A stretch of DNA of 64,000 nt from Eledone cirrhosa (GCA_964016885.1 OZ024753.1:21824001-21888000), one strand, 5' to 3'; shown: positions 1 through 12,912, numbered from the stretch's first letter. Numbers and translations: made by a program. The notes: generated by a model from the letters alone, not told the origin.

Positions 1-399
1 GGGACCAGTATTTTTTTCCCCCTGGTAAAATGGTGTACATTATTCGATTTTTTCAGTAAAATCGGTTCTCTTAATAGAACATCAAAAATCTTAACAATAA
101 GAGGTGTGAAATGATATTCACTATATATATATACACACACACACACATATTCACTACATATATATATATATATACATATATACATACATATGCACATATA
201 TCTTTTTGTATTGCACCATAGAGCATGTGTGTTTACGTGTGTTTACGAATATATAATAACTTGTGTGTTACACCTCTATTCTTTTAACTATCATATCCTC
301 ACACGAGATACAGAAAATGCCAACAAAAACGGATACAACCCTCATCAACTCAAATGAAGAGATCCTACAGAACTCAAGAAAATCAACACCAACCTATCT

Positions 400-1626
400 T
401 TGCTGGTCGACAAACTTGACTCCACAAATAAGGAAACCGCCACCGGATACAAACCCTCCGAAATCGGCGACAAACTCCAAAACCTTTGCGATACTATCCA
501 AACTATGTTCACTACTACCAACCCAGGAAAAACCAACGAAGAACCATGTGAGATTGATTCACACAAAATGAAAATTCGAACAATTCCAAAATGGAACAAA
601 TCCCTCAGAGACAGAAAGTTCTCATTCTGGAAGATGATACAAAATCACAACAAAGCAGAGATATATGAAAAATGGCTTAACTCAACCCCTCTAACTCTCC
701 CCCGTAAACTACAAATAAAGTCCATTCCAAATGAACCCGAACCTCAAAGACACCTTAGGGAAAGAATGGCATTGGAAAAAATGAAGACAGAAATTGAACT
801 TCTTAAACTGAGGGCCCAGACAAATGAGGAAAAAATCAAAACCATCGATGAAGAGATCCTCCTGGAAATCAACAACAAAACTGAAGGCCCCAAGGTAGAG
901 AAGATCTCCAAATTATGGAAAGGGGACTGCAACAGAGAAGAACTGAAATCCCTTCAACGCTGGGAAAAAAGTGCCGCTTGGTTCCTACACTATGAATCGA
1001 CTTTTCAAACGGATTACACCTCCAATAACCCGTTCATAAAAATAGGAAAAACCATAACTGAACCGCACAACAACTTCTCAAACCCCCAAGCCTCAAACAA
1101 ACGAAGAAGGAAGCACCACACCGAAGATGAACTTCCCAATCTCGCTACCATAAGAAGGAACAAAAACCCAAGAAATCATCTCCCCCAGAATGACATTTAC
1201 AACTTTCGCCCTTCAAGGAGACACCATACCAAATCACTCAACTACTACGCGGATTCCTCATCGTCAAACATAGGGAAAAGATACCACCGCCATGATAGAT
1301 GCAACAACTTCCCCGCCTCAAGGGGACAGCAAGGTAATTACCATTTTCTCAACTCTCACTTCCACAATGCACAACAAACCCACACCACACGATACAACCA
1401 ACAACGTAGGCCACTTATAACACCACAATACAACATGGCACATAGAAACACACACCCATACTCGCAGTACAGGAACACCCCATTCAATCTACAACCACCA
1501 ACCCGAACCACATTTTACAACAACAAGGAATATAACAAACACAGGAGACCACTTAACATCAGCAGACAACCCCTCTACCCCAACCATTTTTTAGCCACAG
1601 CACACAGATACAGGCAAACAAAATAA
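400..1626 (+). CDS. PLE ORF1, predicted coiled-coil N-half and basic N/R/H-rich C-half; start uncertain
   Basis: 408-codon ORF directly upstream of and overlapping the RT frame; heptad-like E/K/L stretch RERMALEKMKTEIELLKLRAQ. Confidence 0.7.
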   Translation: MLVDKLDSTNKETATGYKPSEIGDKLQNLCDTIQTMFTTTNPGKTNEEPCEIDSHKMKIRTIPKWNKSLRDRKFSFWKMIQNHNKAEIYEKWLNSTPLTLPRKLQIKSIPNEPEPQRHLRERMALEKMKTEIELLKLRAQTNEEKIKTIDEEILLEINNKTEGPKVEKISKLWKGDCNREELKSLQRWEKSAAWFLHYESTFQTDYTSNNPFIKIGKTITEPHNNFSNPQASNKRRRKHHTEDELPNLATIRRNKNPRNHLPQNDIYNFRPSRRHHTKSLNYYADSSSSNIGKRYHRHDRCNNFPASRGQQGNYHFLNSHFHNAQQTHTTRYNQQRRPLITPQYNMAHRNTHPYSQYRNTPFNLQPPTRTTFYNNKEYNKHRRPLNISRQPLYPNHFLATAHRYRQTK

Positions 1627-3809
1627 CACAAGACAGGGAGGAGAAACCGATAGTAATAAAAATTATCAATCTTACTAGTGCAGAACCAACACCCAACCTT
1701 ATCAACTTACTCTCCAAAGGTCTTAAATTCACACCGACCCCACTACGTTCTAACTACTATGAAATGAAGGAAGACATCACAGACTTCTGTAGAAAGTTAC
1801 GACTTAGTGAACAACTATTCAACCAGTACAATGAGGATGAATCATTAGCCAGAAATAGAAGCAATTACACCCCTTCAAAAGGTAGAAATAAAATCCTGGA
1901 CGAATTCTGTGAACACATCACAAACTTCCCTTACCAACACTTGCACAGACAAAAACACAAGCCAAACCTCAACAAGAAAGAATGGGAAGAATTAAATAGA
2001 TTAAAAACCGACAGAACCATTACAATTAAAGAGGCTGATAAAGGGAGTACAGTAGTCCTAATGGAGACAGAATTCTATATCAACTTAGCGCTCTCCACTT
2101 TGGAAAACGAAACATACTACGAAAAGGCTGAACACTACAATCAACAGAAAATTATGAGAAACCTAAAAACTCTAATCAACCAATACAAAGAAGGACTCAC
2201 TAACAAGGAATTCAGCTTCATCACAGACTTCACAAGTAAATCCAGCCTTTTCTACGGTATCCCTAAAGTACATAAAAGCGAATCAATCAGTAAGGCATGC
2301 AAGGAAGCCACAGACATAGTCATCAATGTCCCCTCACCCAATGATCTCAAATTAAGACCTATAATAGCAGGCCCCGCTTGCGAAACGCACCGTCTTAGCA
2401 ACTTCATTGATACCCTTCTCAAACCCTTCCTCAAGCACATCAAAAGCTATATAAGGGACGACCTAGATATGCTCAATCACCTCCCTAATATGCCACTTTC
2501 TGAACAAACCCTACTAGTGACGTTCGATGTAGTCAACCTATACTCCAACATCCTCCACAACCTAGGAATAGAAGCTATCCAATTATGGCTGGATAATTTC
2601 CACAATGAACTCCCACAACGCATCAAAAAAGAATTCGTGATAGAGGGACTCAAATTTATCTTGGAGAACAATTACTTCGTTTTCAATAACAAACCCTACA
2701 GGCAGAAATCTGGGACCGCTATGGGAACGAAAACAGCCCCTACTTATGCCAACCTAGTCATGGGATACCTGGAAATCACCCTCTACACTAAAGTCCTAAA
2801 CAAATTTGGAAACACCCTCCACTTACACATTGAAAGGAACTGGAAGCGATATCTAGATGACTGCTTCATCCTTTGGCACGAAAACATCGAAAAACTTAAA
2901 GAATTTCACACCCTTATAAATGGGCTCAACACAAATATTAACTTCACCATGGAATACAGCCATCAACAACTCCCCTTCCTCGACATCCTCATTAAGATCC
3001 ATAACAAAAAAATAGAAACAGACATATACTACAAGCCCACAGACTCCATCTGCTACTTACGGCTACAAGAACTAAAGGACACACTCATAGGCAGGGACTA
3101 CCCTGCATCACTAATTGACAATGGAATCCAACGTGCCCTAAAACTCAGTACCCAGGACCTTAGACACCCTAAAGTAAATCAACCAAAACTAAAAGCTCTT
3201 CCATACATCTCCACACACAACCCCCTCAACAATGAGGCCTTTGACACCATCCTCCAGAACATCCCTGTATTGAAAAAGGACCATAGAATGAACCAAATTC
3301 TACGAACACACGATATCATAAAGAGCAAAAGACAATCCAAGTCAATGAAAAACATCTTAACACATGCCAAAGTACTGCCAACCACAACAACGAAACCCAC
3401 AGTAAAAAAATGCGATAGACCCAACTGTGGCATTTGCATCAACCTAATAGAGGGTACGGAATTCTATTTCAAAGATGGACAACGTTTTATAGTAAAACAC
3501 AATTTCACATGTGCATCGGAAAATCTAATATATGTATTAACTTGTTCAGGTTGTCGAGAACAATACATAGGCCACACCAAAAACAGCCTCCGCCAACGCA
3601 TGACTGTCCATAGATCCCAAATTAAAATACGGGAATACAGGAAAATACCACTGAGTGAACACATTGATACCTGTGCCGCCCAAAATCATCCCAACTTCAG
3701 AATCTTTCCCCTCTACAAATTTAAAGATAATGCCACCCACACCCAGCGCATCAGCAAGGAATCTTACTTCATTAACAAATACGGACCCCGTCTAAACACT
3801 TCTCCCTAA
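1557..3809 (+). CDS. PLE reverse transcriptase plus Zn-finger plus GIY-YIG endonuclease (first ATG 1764)
   Basis: Frame open from 1557: IINLT..LLSKGLKFTP, ADKG, LRPIIAG, FDVVNLYSNI, QKSGTAMG, RYLDD, CDRPNCGIC, LIYVLTCSGCREQYIG; the thumb S-x-HP segment seems deleted in frame near 3045. Confidence 0.9.
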   Translation, partial: HQQTTPLPQPFFSHSTQIQANKITQDREEKPIVIKIINLTSAEPTPNLINLLSKGLKFTPTPLRSNYYEMKEDITDFCRKLRLSEQLFNQYNEDESLARNRSNYTPSKGRNKILDEFCEHITNFPYQHLHRQKHKPNLNKKEWEELNRLKTDRTITIKEADKGSTVVLMETEFYINLALSTLENETYYEKAEHYNQQKIMRNLKTLINQYKEGLTNKEFSFITDFTSKSSLFYGIPKVHKSESISKACKEATDIVINVPSPNDLKLRPIIAGPACETHRLSNFIDTLLKPFLKHIKSYIRDDLDMLNHLPNMPLSEQTLLVTFDVVNLYSNILHNLGIEAIQLWLDNFHNELPQRIKKEFVIEGLKFILENNYFVFNNKPYRQKSGTAMGTKTAPTYANLVMGYLEITLYTKVLNKFGNTLHLHIERNWKRYLDDCFILWHENIEKLKEFHTLINGLNTNINFTMEYSHQQLPFLDILIKIHNKKIETDIYYKPTDSICYLRLQELKDTLIGRDYPASLIDNGIQRALKLSTQDLRHPKVNQPKLKALPYISTHNPLNNEAFDTILQNIPVLKKDHRMNQILRTHDIIKSKRQSKSMKNILTHAKVLPTTTTKPTVKKCDRPNCGICINLIEGTEFYFKDGQRFIVKHNFTCASENLIYVLTCSGCREQYIGHTKNSLRQRMTVHRSQIKIREYRKIPLSEHIDTCAAQNHPNFRIFPLYKFKDNATHTQRISKESYFINKYGPRLNTSP
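1587..1593 (+). promoter_or_regulatory. candidate -1 ribosomal frameshift heptamer T TTT TTA
   Basis: X XXY YYZ phased in ORF1 (CAT TTT TTA) within the ORF1/ORF2 overlap; ORF2 is in the -1 frame. Confidence 0.55.
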
Positions 3810-4281
3810 GACGAACCCACAACATACACACGTCAACATACATACCTACATCAGCACACATCTCTACCCACATATAAACACAATGACACACGTAAACACA
3901 CATGCTCTATGGTGCAATACAAAAAAATATATGTGCATATGTATGTATGTATATATGTATATATATATATATATATATGTAGTGAATATGTGTGTGTGTG
4001 TGTGTGTGTATATATATAGTGAATATCATTTCACACCTTTTATTGTTAAGATTGTTGATGTTCTATTAAGAGAACCGATTTTACTGAAAAAATCGAATAA
4101 TGTACACCATTTTAACAGGGGGAAAAAATACTGGTCCCCCCCCCACACACACATATATACACAAACACATACACATGCGTACACCAACATACAAAGAGAC
4201 TTATACACACACACACACACACACTTCTCCGTATAAGACAAAAGCTGAAAAATATCCTTTGACCTTCGAATGACTCTGCTG

Positions 4282-4342
<61 letters not shown>

Positions 4343-4438
4343 GCGCGCACACATACACACACACTTATCTTAATAGCCATTTGACACACATCGCTGCTGG
4401 CTATTGTCGCAGCATCGAATACCTTACTACTACTACTA

Positions 4439-4504
<66 letters not shown>

Positions 4505-5037
4505 ACACACACACACATATTTGTTGTGAAAGAGTCATTTCTCAATCTTGGCGCAAAACCAATTTTTTATCCACATGACCTCTACCGACCAATCAAAATT
4601 GTTTTGACCAATAATTTTTGCTGGAGTCACTTTTCTAACATTTTAACATAAAAACAGTCTTGGCGCAAAATCAACTTTTTACATTCACATGACTTCTACC
4701 GACCAATCAAAATTGTTTTGACCACAAGCATTTTTGCAACACAAAAATAACGCTGGAGCCAATTTTTTTAACATAAAAACAGGTAGAATTCCCAAAACTA
4801 ATCAGATCAGAGCAAACAGCACGGACACTCTATCTCAAAATTATTTTTGAAAAGCATTTAGAAATGCGCAACCGGTAAAAACTTAAAAACTTAAAACCAC
4901 AACCGAATACTAACCCATACAATCACTAATACTCTTTTATTCCTAATTAAACCATTTTTCAACTGTGAACAATTTGTCAGCATTTTCTATTCCGTTTACG
5001 AATATATAATAACTTGTGTGTTACACCTCTATTCTTT

Positions 5038-5041
<4 letters not shown>

Positions 5042-5114
<73 letters not shown>
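5042..5114. repeat. (TA)n microsatellite shared as target by elements A and B
   Basis: perfect TA run between two tail-to-tail PLE 3' ends. Confidence 0.98.
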
Positions 5115-5122
<8 letters not shown>

Positions 5123-5154
5123 AGATCAAAAGATGGTTAAAGGAGTTCCATGTA

Positions 5155-5221
5155 TTTTATTATGCGCATTTCAAAAACAAACATCATCATGCAATAATAT
5201 TTGTGTTTTCATCAGATAAAA
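5155..5221 (-). ncRNA. type I hammerhead ribozyme, palindromic stem III TGCGCA
   Basis: TTTTAT-CTGATGA-stem II-GAAA-TGCGCA-TA-ATAAAA on the minus strand. Confidence 0.85.
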
Positions 5222-6409
5222 CAGAACATGATATGAAGGCTAAAAAACACTTGTGGATAGTGCAGTTTTAAATCAACATATGAAAAGTAGTTTTAGATTG
5301 ATGTGTGATATTGGGAAAAATATTTTATTTAGAGAGGGGGGTGGAAAGGATGAAAAAAGGGGAGGAGATGAGAGTGAAGGTGGAGAGGGAGAGATGGGTG
5401 ATAGAGAGAAAGAGATAGTTCTTATAACTGAGAGAAGATATATTGTTTTACATAGAGAGGTTGAAAACCGTTGGAAGATAATGTATAAATTAAAAGAATT
5501 TGAAAATTAACGAAGGGAAAAATATGTACGAGGAAAAAATATTTTATTTAGAGAGGGGGGTGGAAAGGATGAAAAAAGGGGAGGAGATGAGAGTGAAGGT
5601 GGAGAGGGAGAGATGGGTGATAGAGAGAAAGAGATAGTTTTTATAACTGAGAAAAGATATATTGTTTTACATAGAGAGGTTGAGAACCGTTGGAAGATAA
5701 TGTATAAATTAAAAGAATTTGAAAATTAACGAAAGGAAAGAGAGGGAGTTGATATGTATTGAGATTAAAAAGTTTGAAGATAGAGAGAAAAAATAATAAT
5801 TGCGGATGAATATTCTAACGTCAAAAAGGTGTATGTTTATAAGTATTATGGCAATTTCAAAATTAACAAAGAGAAAAAAATTATTAAGGTTTGTGTGTTG
5901 AAGTTAAAGTTTGTATATTGAAGGAATTGATAATATGTGCGAAGAAAGAGTTAATATGTATTAAAATTATTAAGGTTTGTGTATTAGATGATTTGAGAAA
6001 AATAATGTGAAGTTAAGGTTTTTATATTGACGGAATTGATAATTTGTGCGAAGAAAGAGTTAATATGTATTAAGAATGAGTTAGTTGATGGGAAGAAAAA
6101 AATATATTATTAAGGATGAATATTCTAGCGTCAAAAGAAGGAGAGGGAGTTAATGTATTGAGATTAAAAAGTTTGATGATGGAGAGAAAAAATAATAATA
6201 ATTACGGATGAATATTCTAACGTCAAAAAAACAAATGTATATGTTATGAAGGATTTTACAAGGTGAAGATAGAATGAGGGTAAGGAGTAAACAAGTATTA
6301 TAGAGTGTATAATGCCCTTTGAAGTAAGGTAGGAAGATGGGTATATTTTAAAGAGTTGTATGTATATGTGCCTTTGAGAAAAGATTCTAAATTGATAAAG
6401 AATTGAATA

Positions 6410-8215
6410 TTAGCAGTATACTTTGTGAAAAGTCCTATGGAATTTATGCAGGCAGATAGAAAACAAATCTGTACGTCTATTTATTATAGAATCTAGATTA
6501 GAGATAATGGTAAATTTTTCATTTAGGCAGAGATTACAGATTTTAGATAGAGAGCTGTTCAAGTATGAGGACGCAGAAGAAACCTTCTTCCAAAAGATGG
6601 TTTATTTAATGTTTTTGTCTTTCAAGGACCATATGAGTTCTGAGAGAGCCGTGTTGGTTCTTTTAAGTTTGTATTTAAAAGATGAATGATGATTATAGAG
6701 ACGAGCTTTAAAAGAGGTGGAAGTGGAGCCAAAATAGGTGAAGGAATTGGTGCTAGTTATAACTTTACATTCATAAATTAAGTTTTTATCAAGACAATGG
6801 TTGTTGAGAGGACATTTATTTTTAATGCGGCAGTTGCAATTAGAGAGATTATTAATGAGTGACCTAGTGTTATCTATAGAAGGAATTGGATTGGAGAAGT
6901 TGTTTGCGATAGGAATAATAGGAATAATAGTTTCTTGATTTAGAGTTGGATTATGAACATTTAGCGAAGTTGTGTTTGACGTTGTATTTGGGTTTACAGA
7001 AGTTAGCCTAGGGTTTACAATGACGTCGGGAGTACTATTACTGTTATTATGAAATTCAATGTTGGAAGGAAGAGATTTAGTATTTAGTATTTTATTGTTG
7101 TGTTTAGAGATAATGTTGGGAATATTGGAGGATGTAGAATAAGAAAATTTGATGGTGTGTTTGTTAAATATTTTACTATAGATATGTGAGGGAGGGAAGC
7201 ATTTATTTAAGGCACTAAAAAATAATTTAGGAATATTGTTATTAATAGAGATGGAGAAAGGAGCATTATACCAGATTATGTTTTTGTATCTAGGTCTTTT
7301 ATTAAAATTATTGGAATGATCATGATTAATTATTCTACTGTAAGTTTTTCTAGAATTTGTTTCTTTACTATATTTGATTTTATCTGGATAACCGGCTTTA
7401 GAAAGTGCGTTATTATAGTAATTGGCGTTAGCATCAAAGATGTTTTTATTAGAAGATATGTTAGATATTCTTTTTCCAATATTACTAACTATAGCATTCT
7501 TGATATTGGTAGGATGGTTAGATTTAAAGTTAACATAATTTAGGTTCTCATTGTTTTTATGGTAAGGGTAATATAGGCCAGTGTCAAGATTAAGAGATAC
7601 ATCCAAGAAATTAGCTAGTTTGATACTATTATCAAATTCAATTTTTAGGTTATGTTGGTTAAAGAGATTACGTATATTGTTCTTAATAATATTAAGGTTA
7701 ACTATATTGCAATTTAAGATAGTAAAGAGTCCATCGTCACGATAAATTCCACCGCGAAGTTGAGGAATTTTCCGACTCAAAGAGTTCAAAATAAAGATAC
7801 CAATTAAATCAGTCAATTGGGATGAATCGGATGCTCCCATTGTGATGTCGAAGTTGTTAGAGGTATCGGCTCTGGTCCAATATTCGTTGTTGAACTCTAG
7901 GATGGTTTTACGTGAGGTGAGGATGATGTGAAGTTCATCTGTGGTGATGTCAGAATATTTAAGTGCGAAAGATAGAGCATTATTGAGAAGTGAAGGCGAA
8001 ATGGAGGAATAGTAGCTGGCAATATCAAATTGAATAAATTTTAGTTTGTTTTTATTATCCAATTTGTTGAACCAGCCAATCACTTCAGAAGTACCAAACC
8101 ATAAATTTAGGTTCAAAGAAGAGCAATTAGAACTAACCTGTGGGATAATTCTATCCAAGATGGCTTTACTAACAACCCCCAGATCAGATTTAGAGGGGGC
8201 GATTAATCTAACAGG
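6410..8215 (-). pseudogene. PLE RT plus GIY-YIG, in-frame TAA at 6602-6604
   Basis: FIQFDIASYYSSI, FDITMG, GGIYRDDGL, SNHP, CNCR..CPL..C, LIYECKV..YFG; after the stop the frame continues TIFW..CNLCLNEK..CLHK to 6410. Confidence 0.88.
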
Positions 8216-8426
8216 TAGTTCAGTGATATATACCACCAAGTAGTGCTGGGCAGAAGCAAGGTGGACAAACGTCTGTGCATTTAGAACTCAACTGGCCCTC
8301 GTCAGGACGATCTATCCCGGTCTTGCTTGCGGTATTTCTTTTTGCTCTCTGAGTTCAAATACCGCCAAGTTCAACTTTGCCTTTCATCTTTTCGAGGTCG
8401 ATAAAAAAGTACCAGTCGAGTCTGAA

Positions 8427-8535
8427 ACCCAACGATGGACTGGCGTCCTGATCAGTGGGTAGTCCTGTAGTCGCTGTTGCTTCACACCACGGAAACCGGA
8501 ATAAGTACCGGCTTGATGAGCATCCGGCCTCTAGA
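8427..8535 (+). mobile_element. SINE fragment resembling a V-SINE-type core
   Basis: CGATGGACTGGCGTCCTG...GCTTCA..ACGGAAACCGG.ATAAG, recognised from memory only. Confidence 0.4.
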
Positions 8536-9039
8536 CAGCACTGGGGTCATTTCTTCCTCTATATCTCTTTCTCACTTCCATTCTCTCACCTTCTCTTCTT
8601 TTCTTGAGAAATCTGCCGTGTTCAGACCTAGAGAGGAGATGAACTCCACTAGGTTTTAAAAAGAGCCCCAGGAATGCTGCATGCCATTAAGGCGTCCCCT
8701 ACGACACTCGGGAATTACGGGGTCATGCATGCACACTATATATATATCGAATACTAACAAATGAGGGATAATCATGAAAAGAGACTAGTGTATTATCCTT
8801 ATCTCTTTCAACCCTCACATTCATCTAAAGTTTCAGATAGTTCCATTACTCTGATAATACCCCGAGACAACGAAGAAGAATTTACGTGGAGGATGGGTTT
8901 GATATGGATAGCAAATCTCACTTAATTTGTATGCAACCCTCTTACAACAGCAAGAGCACTTTCGGAAATTTAATTGTTGAAGGAAAAAGAAAATATGGGA
9001 TATTGATTGTTGGAATACGTTTGATCATATTCCTATTGG

Positions 9040-9135
9040 GTCAAGGCTGACCTGAAACTGTTGGGTTAGGCTGACCTGAAACTGTTGGCTCAAGGCTGAT
9101 CTGAAACTGTTGGCTCAAGGCTGACCTGAAACTAT
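9040..9135. repeat. minisatellite, ~25 bp unit, 4 copies
   Basis: AAGGCTGACCTGAAACTGTTGG repeated. Confidence 0.85.
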
Positions 9136-9369
9136 TCTTCATAAAAAAATCTCTATTTATCCTAGCAACTCAGACAGGCATAAGAACATAAGATGTAGAG
9201 ATTGACAAACATAGCAACTAGGAAGAACAATACCATTTCTAGATATTTTCTACAATTCAGACAGATAGAATACTGACCCTCAAGGACCTAATACATGAAA
9301 TAGCATGAGCCGTGGAAATATCGTTACTCAGTGGGAATATATTTACATCAAGAAAGTCGAAAAAGGATG

Positions 9370-9680
9370 AACCATGGAGATAGCCTGGCTCAGTGAGAAT
9401 ATATTTGAATCAACAGTTGAAAAAGGATGAATTATGGAGATATCTTGGCTCAGAATAAACCATGGAAATATCGTGGCTCAGGATAAACCATGGAAATATC
9501 GTGGCTCAGGATAAACCATGGAAATATCGTGGCTCAGGATGTACCATGGAGATATCGTGGCTCAGGATATACCATGGTGATATCGTGGCTCAGGATAAAC
9601 TATGGAGATATCGTGACTCAGGATAAACCGTGGTGATATCGTGGCTCAGGATAAACCATGAAGATATCGTGGCTCAGTGA
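9370..9680. repeat. minisatellite, ~28 bp unit
   Basis: CCATGGARATATCGTGGCTCAGGATAAA repeated about 9-10 times. Confidence 0.9.
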
Positions 9681-10547
9681 AAATAGATTTACATCAACAA
9701 AGTTGAAAGACTTTTACAATGAACTGTATATTTTTACATTTCTTGTTAAATCGTTTTATTGAAAGAAACCAATTGTTGATTTAATACAAGTTGTTTCAGA
9801 TTGGCTCATATCATTAACTAGCTGTAAATACGGACAGTAGTTTAAATTGAACAAAAGCGAGAACGCTAATTACATCGAGACGCTCTATAATTGAAATCCA
9901 GATTACCGATGTTTGGGAAATTTTCAGATTTGTTAAATATCCGAGGAAAATAAAAATGTGATTTATTTATACTATATAATCTATGTTCAGGAATTTACCT
10001 GTCACGGTTTAATAACTATGTATACGGTAAAACCTAATTAATGGTTGCAGGTGTTGTCGTGATAAGTAGTTGGAGGTAGGGGGCGGAAATCCCAGAATAA
10101 TTGACAAGAGATAAATAGCTATCCAGTAGAAGAAGCGGTGTGAGTAAAGAATGAGGGCATCGAACTGCCATAATGATTCTCATGTTTTTCGGATTAGGTA
10201 TATTGAACAGTAGGGATTTTATCTAAAGGACTATCTATATACACAACATTAGTGAGGATATAGCAACAGTTCCCAGCCTGGGGTTCTGTAGCAGTCTTAG
10301 GGACGCCGTATATAGCGTTTCTTGAACATTTGTCAGGGCATTCTTCTAGGAGAAGGCAACTCAGGAAACTGGGATAACTCCGATATAAAAGCTGCGGCTC
10401 AGTAGTTACCGATGATGTTGATCTTTTCTTCTTTTCGGGTTATAGCTACTGTCGCCTGAGAGCGTGAGATTGGCTCGGTGCACAGTCTTTCCTCACTTAA
10501 AAAAAAAAGCACTTTCTCGCACAGGCATTGGACGATAGAATTAATTA

Positions 10548-10738
10548 ATTGTTTCTACGTTAGGCACAAGGCCAGCAATTACCCAGTGCATTACTGGTAC
10601 TTTATTTTATCAACCCCGTAAGGATGAAAGGCAAAGGCAAAGTCAACCTCGGCGGGATTTGAACTCAGATCGTAAAGGGACGTAACTATGCTAGAAAGCA
10701 TGGCGTCCGACCCTCTACCGATACTCCCAATCCACCGC
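10548..10738 (-). mobile_element. tRNA-derived SINE (major family)
   Basis: A box TGGSAGTATCGG, B box GAGTTCAAATCC, body GCCTTTCATCCTTACGGGG..GATAAAATAAAGTACCAG, (AAT)n-like tail; more than 10 copies in the window. Confidence 0.88.
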
Positions 10739-12549
10739 ACGATAGAATTAATTAATTAATTAATAATTATTAATAATGTTATATCGTGCAATGGCCATAC
10801 TCGATAACGAGGGGGCAGCCATCATGTATGTATGTATGTATGTATGTACGTATGTATGTTTGTATGTGTGTATGTATGTATTAGTGTAAATATGTTTGTA
10901 TTACATGTTTGAGTCAGGACAGTTGCAGCTATTTAAACATAACTGACATATTCAATAATTATCACAAAAACAAAACAAAAACAAAAACAAAAGAAAAATC
11001 TTTTTTATTTGGAGATCAATAATGATTATTTTTTCAAATTCATTTAAAATTTAATAATTGTGTTACATTAGAATATTAGAGATCGTATGTTATTTAGTGT
11101 GGAGGAGGCAGTGTTGATGGACATATTTAAGGTGGTGGTGGTGAGGCTTCCAACAGTGGTGAAAGAGATGCAGAGAGAGAGAGAAAGGGGGTGACAGTGG
11201 TAAGAAACTCTCAGGAGGGCTGGACAGCAGAAGGTCTTCAGAGTATAAAGCGAATGTTTCGGTCCTTATCTTCTTACACTCAAGGGGGCCGGGCCGCATT
11301 CAGGTCATGATTCACTCACGAGAGCGAGAGGGGGCGGGGGCATATTCAATCAGGAGTTACAGTGGGGGCGGGGGGACTTCCACAAATTGTGTGAGAGAGA
11401 GAGGAGGGGAAGGCACTTTCAAACCGGATGTAGGGGTATGTTGACTTCAGCGCGATTTGAATTCAAAACGTTCTAACGTTAGATTGACCATCGTTTTAAC
11501 GTTTCTTCCAATTCGGAGCCTATATCCATGGACCCTTAACTCCCTATAAAGTCACTGAGGTGCCGCAGTGATTTAAGCGTGTCTTGGATGTATAAACATG
11601 ACAGATCATATTCCTCTCCAGGCCAGACCGTAACCAGAGAGAGTGAGTGTGTGTGAGAGAGAAAGAGAGGGAGAGAATTGGATATATAGGAAAAATCAGC
11701 CCCAGTACTGAAATATTACTCTGTCTACCACAGTAGGATTTGAACTCAGGTGGCAGAATGTTGGAACGGATACCTCAAGACATTTTATCTAACGATTCAC
11801 CAATTCACCGCCTTTTATCACCTAAAAACACAATAGTTTGCTGCACAAATTTTAATATAAAGTTTCTAAAAATGTCTAAATATTAAAGATATACATTGCA
11901 TGGTTCCATAACTGTTAGAGGTGTCGTATGGGCGCCATATTGACATCCAGTGGGTTTTGGGCATTCCTTAAATCTGGTGGACCCCATCTCCTTTCTAGGT
12001 GTGAATAGAGTAGATTTCTTTTAGAAACGGAGAGAAAATGAAAGAATCGAAGTGAGAAAGAGATATAGAGGAAGAATCGACCCCAGTATTTAACTGGTAC
12101 ATTTTTTTTATGACTTCGGTGGGATTTGAACAAAGCAGAGAGCCAAAACAAATACAGTAAAGAATTGTATCCGACGCTCTAAAGATAGGTATTACTGTCT
12201 TATAAATCATACGAATTCGTACGAGTGAATGACACTAAAACATTTTCCAAATATATTAATATTCCTCATTTTTAATATTCTCATGTGAACATTCTGTTGA
12301 TTACCTCCGTAAATCTATTATTACAATCAGATGTGAAATATTTTGCAACTCAGGTGCCGAAATTTTTGAAGAAATAATTGAAAATGTTTATAATTTCATT
12401 TTCTCAAATACGTGAACAGTTTTCTTTGTCATCCTATTTCTATTGCGATCTCTCTCGTATACATATATACAGAATACATATATAGCTGCCCTGTCGTTAT
12501 CGAGTATGGCCATTGCACGAAAAAATAAATAAAATAACGACAATAATAA

Positions 12550-12912
12550 TAGTTTCTACTTTTGGCACAAGGCCATCGATTACTCCAGTGCACCACTGAT
12601 ACTTTATTTTATCGACCTCGTAAAGGCGAAGTTAACCTCGGCGGAATTGAACTCAGAACGCAAAGGGCCATAACTATGCTGCAAAGCATGATGTCTGACT
12701 CTCTACCGATACTGCCAAACCACAATAATAATAATAATTGTTTCTACTTTTGGCACAAGGCCAGCAATTAACCAGTGTATTACTGGTACTTTATTTTATC
12801 GACCCCGTAAGGATGAAAAGCAAAGTTAACCTCGGCGGGATTTGAACTCAGATCATAAAGGGACGTAACTCTATGCTTCAAAGCATGATGTCCGACTCTC
12901 TACCGATACTGC
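12550..12912 (-). mobile_element. two tandem copies of the major SINE
   Basis: copies at about 12550-12722 and 12738-12912. Confidence 0.85.

Larger units (their letters stand above)
1..5042 (+). mobile_element. Penelope-like retroelement A (Neptune-like), two ORFs, with inverted 3' copy at left and a short direct repeat of its 3' end
   Basis: 1-242 is the reverse complement of 3886-4138; 241-291 repeats directly at 4995-5043, just before (TA)n; RT and GIY-YIG ORF inside. Confidence 0.9.
5115..8220 (-). mobile_element. Penelope-like element B (YRDD type, Naiad-like), 5' truncated
   Basis: RT/EN ORF, long AT-rich 3' UTR with internal ~220 bp duplication (about 5300-5735), HHR at 3' end abutting (TA)n. 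Confidence 0.85.

Noticed and set aside
9370-9680. CRISPR-like array (also 30969-31478)
   Set aside because: Head-to-tail repeats without unique spacers, eukaryotic context, no cas genes.
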